The notes beneath the pieces were generated by a model that saw only the letters and a list, made by a program, of their open reading frames with translations, searched no databases and was not told where the DNA came from. A DNA stretch of 64,000 nt, from contig CBDDDZ010000002.1 of NCBI GenBank assembly GCA_965226795.1, positions 576,001-640,000 of the forward strand. The letters run 5' to 3'. Of this stretch, positions 59,301-64,000 are shown one piece after another. Origin of the DNA: Candidatus Latescibacterota bacterium (GTDB taxonomy: Bacteria; Latescibacterota; UBA2968; GCA-2709665). The first letter of the stretch is position 1. Every line of letters begins with the position of its first letter. The position numbers were made by a program, and so were the translations under genes.

Positions 59301-59464
59301 ACCAGCAGGACGCGTTGGCCTCGGGAACCGACTATATGTGGTGGGGGCTGCAGACGCCCCGGCCGAACGATGCGAACTATCTCAATTACGGCGATTTTCA
59401 GGATCGCAGCCGGTATATCGGCGAACCCCGGATAACGCACGTGGGTATTCGAATCCGGTTTTAA
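56372..59464 (+). CDS. TonB-dependent receptor with a carboxypeptidase-regulatory-like N-domain
   Basis: Signal peptide, 'GTTGKIVGTV', 'ITGGMNAEYGNA', 'QDKMEF', 'SPRLGISHPI', C-terminal Phe. Start may be ATG 56387. Confidence 0.92.
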   Translation: MGDTGMDRPKTNLVVTLAILTVFALSGAALAGTTGKIVGTVIDENGEPLPGASVVLEGTRLGASTDAEGFYIILSADPAMYKMTASMVGYHSVTQEQIQVRSDFTVTLDFRLREQELELEEMVVVAEAPPVEPDKTESRYVVTAQDIARTPILRDPSEFVALEAGVAVDGSGVIRGGQVEDNLIYVDGVRLQSQDGRAGPTSSGRQWWGANVKALQEVSVITGGMNAEYGNAQAGVVQMVTRDGGSTYHGEAEYRLTPGGKKHWGANIYDAPEHRGHMRWNDPAWTSEVDPETGALVHQRTNYTDQRGHYFDGYLGGPLLPETSFFISSRHRRDAAAFPGAWSVLPFNSRNTAKLTIRAHDSVKMQIGWIHDRWKTFNNGGLGGTTPSVSNVLRGPGRDIFLPEGSPAGETVNTENVVYGVITHTVSPRTFYELRLSRYQSTQDTSGVSNTTADIGSDSDGWFYTGRADVRAYTFGKQTRSGLKFDLSSQLTKTHFYKIGIDFTGYSNHFIREGNTPGDARKQILYIGNPEPGTPIEPKQFAAYIQDKMEFEGFIVNAGIRYDRFWGADVPVMGALRAFQYTTMSRYLTAPRYPMKPLVNWSPRLGISHPITYRSSLHFFYGHFYQLPSFYQMFHDQWFGSGDGIPGIGFSEYTSHYRPATTSIARPMWDNTARTISFELGADWNFVSDYTLALATFYKSASFQETGGWDVFLYPELRGAGVRLRQRLTSSLSNIRLEDTRGLEFSLRKGFSHYFSFRAALNLAWSDYSLGGGGTVSNGATVIPDSNYIASGNYFFAWEVAGGSERPVTLTDEQIRIIGHGANEAIKAAQADRRVAGGYVYDMSTNKDAIVPTWEENWLSEAAAEGSRGLWIVHGHRANPGTDVGRRSQGSLQMFLSTPQDFGTGPNIAGSTLLGGINANLIYRIYTGSQFTYLVLDGTRQVARGPLRTAMDLNLQKRFEIGRANADVFLEVFNLFNQQDALASGTDYMWWGLQTPRPNDANYLNYGDFQDRSRYIGEPRITHVGIRIRF

Positions 59465-59564
59465 GTCATCCGGGTAACAACGCCTGCGGATGAACTCTTT
59501 TTCAGACAGCCCGGACAAACCGGATGCGGGAACAACTCATGCTGACACGAAGGAGACCTGGGAG

Positions 59565-61871
59565 ATGATCAAGTTTCCGAAGATCGAGGCGATAACAGTG
59601 CTTCTTGCGCTGCTTCTGTGCGTGCCGGACCCCGCGGCGGCACAGGAGAACCACAGGTTCCAGACGCGCGCGAAGGTGTGGGACATGTTCTGGAACTATG
59701 GCACCCAGGGCGTTTCCGAAGATCCGGACGCCTGGTTGAGCTATTACCGCCAGATGGGCATGCAATATCCGGGTGTGTGGACCCGACAGTATTCCACGGA
59801 ATTCCAGGACTACTGGGGAGAGCGGAACTGGGGTTCGCTTCATCCGGCCTATGCCGCCCTTTTCGAATCGACGGCCACGATGCCCGGTTTCAGCACGTAC
59901 ATAGCAACGCGCGCGTCGGACGATCCCGACGGCGAATACTACGTGTCCGTGTCGAAGCCTCGCGCCATAACGGACGACATCAGGATGATGTCATACGATG
60001 CGTCCATGGGGCCGGAGGCGACTATCGGGTACCCGAACTATTCTCCCGTAGGGCCCGCGATGGCCAACTGGTGGCCGGGGCAGCCCCCGGTAGAAAGCAG
60101 GTACGTCACCGAGATTCACAACTACCGGTACGGCCAGTATATGGATCCCGATAAAGATACGTTCCCCGAGAGCCTTCTCATTATGCGTTATACCACGAAG
60201 CGGGGGATCACGGTAACCAAAAAGGTCTATACCTGGAGTTATCCGGACTACGACGACTTTCAAATTATGGAATACGAGTTCGAGAACACCGGAGACTCCG
60301 ACGGAGACGGTTCGGCCGACCTTAACGGCGGTGCCGGACTGCAACTGAACGACACCTTTTTCGCCTTTTCGGTGCGATTTTTCATCTCCCAGGCAGGGCA
60401 CGGGTGGATGAACTACGATGCGTGGTACCGAAACACCAAATCGACCGACAACGACGACTGGTTCAAGTTCACCGAGGCGGCCAATTACGACGGCCCGGCC
60501 CTGGGTATGGGCATGAAAATGTGGTACGCCTTCGACGGGGACAACCCGCTCACGCCGGGCGACGACCTGGGCAAGCCATACAACCCTGCCACGGCAAACC
60601 CGGGCTATGTCGGGCGGCCATCGCAGGTGCGGGTACCGGGGGAGTTAACGGCATTTCAGTACACAGGATTCGCGCCCATCGCTTACCGGCCGTCAACCTC
60701 GAACGATCCGGGCACCTTTTCCTACGACACGAATGGCGACAACAGCTACGTCGCCCCCAGAATGGACGATCAGCCCCATACGGTCAGATGGTGGGAATAC
60801 CGGAACCGCGGCGACTTCGACGAGCCGGATCAGGGCAATCATTCCTTCCAGGAAATCTATGAAATGCTGGCGGGCGCCGAATCCGATATCAAAGATAATC
60901 CACCGGTGGTCGGGGCCTGGCATGGGTCGATCGCTTACGGTCCATACGATCTCGCGCCCGGCGACAAGGCCAAATTCGTTTTCGTTCTGGCCGCGGCCGC
61001 GCCCGCGGAAGAGAATATCTGGGGCTGGGCCAAGCTGGGCAACCAGGATGAGATGCGTACGGACAAGGCTTTCAACAACCTGGTCAAGCACGTCGACAAG
61101 GCCAAGGAAGCCTTTCAGTGGAACTACGACCTTCCCGACGCGCCCCCCGACGTGAAGGTCGACGTGAGCGTGACGACGGAAGGCTTCATTTCTCTCGGCT
61201 GGGATGGCACGGCCGACGACGCGGTCAACCCCGACTACTCGGGTGAGGAGGCCAGGGATGTGAGCGGCTACCGGGTATACCGCTCGCTCTTCAAACGCGA
61301 CGCCTGGGAATTGATGCAGGAAATCCCGTTAAAGGCAGATCCGTTTTACAGCGGCGGCAAGTACGAGTTTGTTGATACGAAATCGATTGCGGGATTCCTG
61401 TACGACTACAGTGTCCGCACGTACAGCGAGGCGCACAGCGACTGGAACGGCACCGGAATCGCCATACCCTCTCTGGAAAGCGGGAACAGTTCACCCGAGC
61501 AGTGGGTGAATGGCGTCAAGGTTTCGACCCCCTATGTCCCGTCCACGGCGCAGTCCGACCAACTGGATCGAAAGGTGATTGTGACCCCCAATCCATACCG
61601 GGACGACGGCGCTCACGCCTACGAGACCAAAGGCCAGATCCGATTCCTGAACATCCCGCGGAAGTGCCAGATCAGGATATATACGGTGGCCGGGGATCTG
61701 ATGGCAGAGGTGAATCACGACGACCAGGGGCGGGGCGAGACCACCTGGAGCCAGACAACCATCGACAACGTCGGTTCGGCTTCCGCCGGCGTGTACTTTT
61801 ACGTGGTCGAATCGCTGGTGGATGGGACAACCGGAAAAATTCAACGGGGAATATTCGTAATCAGCAAGTGA
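59565..61871 (+). CDS. Secreted protein with an Fn3-like domain and a T9SS type-A-like C-terminal domain
   Basis: Signal peptide; 'PDAPP', 'GYRVYRS'; tail 'VTPNPY...IRIYTVAGDL...W...AGVYFYVVE...GIFVISK'. Confidence 0.75.
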   Translation: MIKFPKIEAITVLLALLLCVPDPAAAQENHRFQTRAKVWDMFWNYGTQGVSEDPDAWLSYYRQMGMQYPGVWTRQYSTEFQDYWGERNWGSLHPAYAALFESTATMPGFSTYIATRASDDPDGEYYVSVSKPRAITDDIRMMSYDASMGPEATIGYPNYSPVGPAMANWWPGQPPVESRYVTEIHNYRYGQYMDPDKDTFPESLLIMRYTTKRGITVTKKVYTWSYPDYDDFQIMEYEFENTGDSDGDGSADLNGGAGLQLNDTFFAFSVRFFISQAGHGWMNYDAWYRNTKSTDNDDWFKFTEAANYDGPALGMGMKMWYAFDGDNPLTPGDDLGKPYNPATANPGYVGRPSQVRVPGELTAFQYTGFAPIAYRPSTSNDPGTFSYDTNGDNSYVAPRMDDQPHTVRWWEYRNRGDFDEPDQGNHSFQEIYEMLAGAESDIKDNPPVVGAWHGSIAYGPYDLAPGDKAKFVFVLAAAAPAEENIWGWAKLGNQDEMRTDKAFNNLVKHVDKAKEAFQWNYDLPDAPPDVKVDVSVTTEGFISLGWDGTADDAVNPDYSGEEARDVSGYRVYRSLFKRDAWELMQEIPLKADPFYSGGKYEFVDTKSIAGFLYDYSVRTYSEAHSDWNGTGIAIPSLESGNSSPEQWVNGVKVSTPYVPSTAQSDQLDRKVIVTPNPYRDDGAHAYETKGQIRFLNIPRKCQIRIYTVAGDLMAEVNHDDQGRGETTWSQTTIDNVGSASAGVYFYVVESLVDGTTGKIQRGIFVISK

Positions 61872-61952
61872 GACGGCCGAATTACCGAGTCAGGGATTCT
61901 CGATTCGCCTTCTCGTCGAACCGCCAAACAGAAACGGAGAAGGAACAAACCT

Positions 61953-62906
61953 ATGAAACGGATCTTGTGGATTGGAATCGTGGCGTGCGCGGGATACGCG
62001 ATGCTGTTTCCCGAGGGTGCCTACTGCGACACGCAGAAGCGGCTCGGTCAGGCCGTATTCTCCGTGCACAAGGTGGACCATGGGGCGCGTGTCGCGGGCA
62101 TGGGCGGGGCGTTTACGGCCATCGCCGACGACATCAGCACCATCTTTGTGAACCCGGCCGGACTCACCAATGTCGAAGAGATGGAATATACCCTTTCGTA
62201 CACCCGCTGGCTCGTCGATACCCGATTCTATTCGGGTGCGCTCGCCTACAATACGGCCCGCGGTGTGGTCGGGTTGTCCGTGATGGCGTTTTCGGTTCCG
62301 GACGTGGAGGAGACCACCATTTATCAACCGATCGGGACCGGCAGAATGCTGGAAATCGGTGATTTCAGCATCGGCGGTTCCTACGCGACGAAGTTGACCG
62401 ATAAGCTCTCGTTCGGATTTCAGGTGAGGTGGACGCAGGAAACCATCGACGTGGACAGGTTGACCGGTGTGGATGTCAATTTCGGCACCACGTTCAACAC
62501 CGGATTCAGAAGCCTTCGGCTCGGGATGGCGTTCAAGAACCTGGGCAAAGACATTAAGGCCCGTGAAATCAACTACCAGATGCCGGTTGCGTTCGACTTT
62601 GGGTTCGCGGTGGAAGTCTTCGGCGAAAAGGGCAGCGACGCCACCTATCTGACGCTTACGGGAGAGAGCCACTACGCGACGGATTACTCCGAGCCGCGGT
62701 ATCGTTTGGGCGGCGAACTCTGGCTACAGAACGCATTCGCATTGCGCGCCGGTGTGAAACCCGGATACGATACAGAGGTGTACAGTTTGGGTCTGGGGTT
62801 GAAGGTCAAGCCCATCGAGGGCAAGGTCGTCCGCGTCGATTTCGCGTACAGCGAGGGAAACGATTTCGATCCACCGCTTCGCTTCAGCGTGAGCGGATCG
62901 TTCTGA
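61953..62906 (+). CDS. PorV/PorQ-family outer-membrane beta-barrel
   Basis: 'GARVAGMGGAFTAIADD...FVNPAGL', C-terminal Phe. Confidence 0.85.
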   Translation: MKRILWIGIVACAGYAMLFPEGAYCDTQKRLGQAVFSVHKVDHGARVAGMGGAFTAIADDISTIFVNPAGLTNVEEMEYTLSYTRWLVDTRFYSGALAYNTARGVVGLSVMAFSVPDVEETTIYQPIGTGRMLEIGDFSIGGSYATKLTDKLSFGFQVRWTQETIDVDRLTGVDVNFGTTFNTGFRSLRLGMAFKNLGKDIKAREINYQMPVAFDFGFAVEVFGEKGSDATYLTLTGESHYATDYSEPRYRLGGELWLQNAFALRAGVKPGYDTEVYSLGLGLKVKPIEGKVVRVDFAYSEGNDFDPPLRFSVSGSF

Positions 62907-63024
62907 CCGCTCAAGTGTATGTGGTTTCACTTTCGGACAACGACCGTGAAGTAAATGGCGTACACTACGATATAGAGATTTCTCAGGGCCTCGAGGATCG
63001 GTTGTTGGTGCATTTACGCGACTT

Positions 63025-63054
63025 AAAATACCCCGGTATTGCCGGGGTATTTTT
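63025..63054. terminator. Bidirectional intrinsic terminator
   Basis: AAAATACCCCGG-TATTG-CCGGGGTATTTTT. Confidence 0.8.
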
Positions 63055-63407
63055 CTTCATTGAGCCGGGCCGGGTCGTTCATGCCGGCGCTTCCCCACCC
63101 ACTCGCATTATCCCTACCGCGCTCGCCATGACTGTCGCAAAATGCACCTAAACGTAGCAAGATGCGACACCTCCACTGTCGCGCTTTTTCGGCACTTCCT
63201 GTAAGTTGTTGAAATATGATGAAAAGATGTATTGACGAATATTTCGACCGTAGATGAAAGCAGTTCAGTGACTATCGATGATTCAGGATTTTTTCTGAAC
63301 AACCGTGCATCACATCCGTATGTCAGGCACGATTTACAGATCGACGTTCAGTCCGAGTGAATAGAACAACCCGCCCGTATCTAAACCGTTCAGAGTGATT
63401 AGGTCCG

Positions 63408-63641
63408 TTAACGCCGCCCTCTCATTCTGCGTCTCTGGTCTCTGATGAGTGTGACGACTTCACTCGTCGAGATGTCCGCCTCGATGGAGGGCACATCCAG
63501 AGGCGAGGCGGTGGGGCGTTCCGGCACCAGGGCATAAATCCTGCCGTCTTTTCTGCGTATAAGGACCTTCCCCGTTGACTCGGCTTTGTCAAGCACGCGC
63601 GAGAAATTCTGTCTGGCTTCCGAGTACGTATATACGTCCAT
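63408..63641 (-). CDS. Phd/YefM-family antitoxin
   Basis: 'YTYSEARQNFSRVLDKA...VLIRRKDG'; GGAGG RBS lies within the toxin 3' end. Confidence 0.88.
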   Translation of the reverse strand: MDVYTYSEARQNFSRVLDKAESTGKVLIRRKDGRIYALVPERPTASPLDVPSIEADISTSEVVTLIRDQRRRMRGRR

Positions 63642-63642
63642 C

Positions 63643-63999
63643 TTACACCTCCAGACTAACAAGATTGACGCCCAGTGCGCCTGCGGCCCGGCTTAGTGTT
63701 CGATCCAGCGTCAATAAAGGCGCCGCATGCCGCAAGGCGCAGTCCAGGAAGTACGCATCGTATGCGTACGCGTTTACCTGGGCCGCGATGGACAGAACAT
63801 TCGCCATGTCGACGCTCACGTATTGCAGCGGGATGCTGTCGAGTATCTTCAGAGCCCGGTGTGCATCCGCGACACCGACGCAACGCTGCTTGATCATCGC
63901 CGAGAAAGCATTTCCAATTTCCCAGGGTATGGAGCCGGGGCCGATTAGTGTATGCCCCGATGTGGCCGCGACAATCGCGTCTCGTTCTGGTTCAGCTAC
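63643..63999 (-). CDS. PIN-domain (VapC-like) toxin, 5' end outside the window
   Basis: The frame stays open to the window edge: 'SIPWEIGNAFS', 'YAYDAYFL', 'LLTLDR'. Confidence 0.88.
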   Translation of the reverse strand, partial: VAEPERDAIVAATSGHTLIGPGSIPWEIGNAFSAMIKQRCVGVADAHRALKILDSIPLQYVSVDMANVLSIAAQVNAYAYDAYFLDCALRHAAPLLTLDRTLSRAAGALGVNLVSLEV

Positions 64000-64000
64000 G

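Noticed and set aside
1..64000. tRNA, rRNA, transposase or integrase genes
   Set aside because: None recognised on either strand by manual reading; a covariance-model scan was not possible.

Overview
GC-rich bacterial window. The dockerin-like EF-hand tails, highly repetitive WD40 genes and a TBDR/PorV trio suggest an FCB-group lineage such as Latescibacterota, possibly host-associated (inference only). 1-15.5 kb is a phosphate/polyphosphate island: pstS (partial), a porin, 11-bp-periodic Pho-box-like arrays, a decayed TonB-receptor locus, CHAD-ParA-ppk1, and phoB/phoR split by an apparently inserted serine hydrolase. 15.7-22.4 kb holds an RNase II-family gene, ridA and hydrolases. 22.6-29.3 kb holds two WD40/EF-hand genes, each preceded by a conserved promoter plus structured-RNA element. 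31-41 kb holds a heparinase-like gene, rimO-folA-thyA, rpmB and a FolC-ATP-grasp fusion. 41.6-56 kb is a 12-gene co-directional catabolic cluster ending in a selenoprotein split by the ORF track (in-frame UGA plus SECIS, unusual U-C motif, Obg-CTD-like insert). 56.4-62.9 kb is a TBDR / T9SS-CTD-like protein / PorV trio, followed by a PIN toxin-antitoxin pair. Best leads: the selenoprotein, the CHAD-ParA-ppk1 unit (possible polyP-granule positioning), the duplicated candidate sRNA, and the phoB/phoR insertion. Family calls come from motif recognition by eye; no database search was run.
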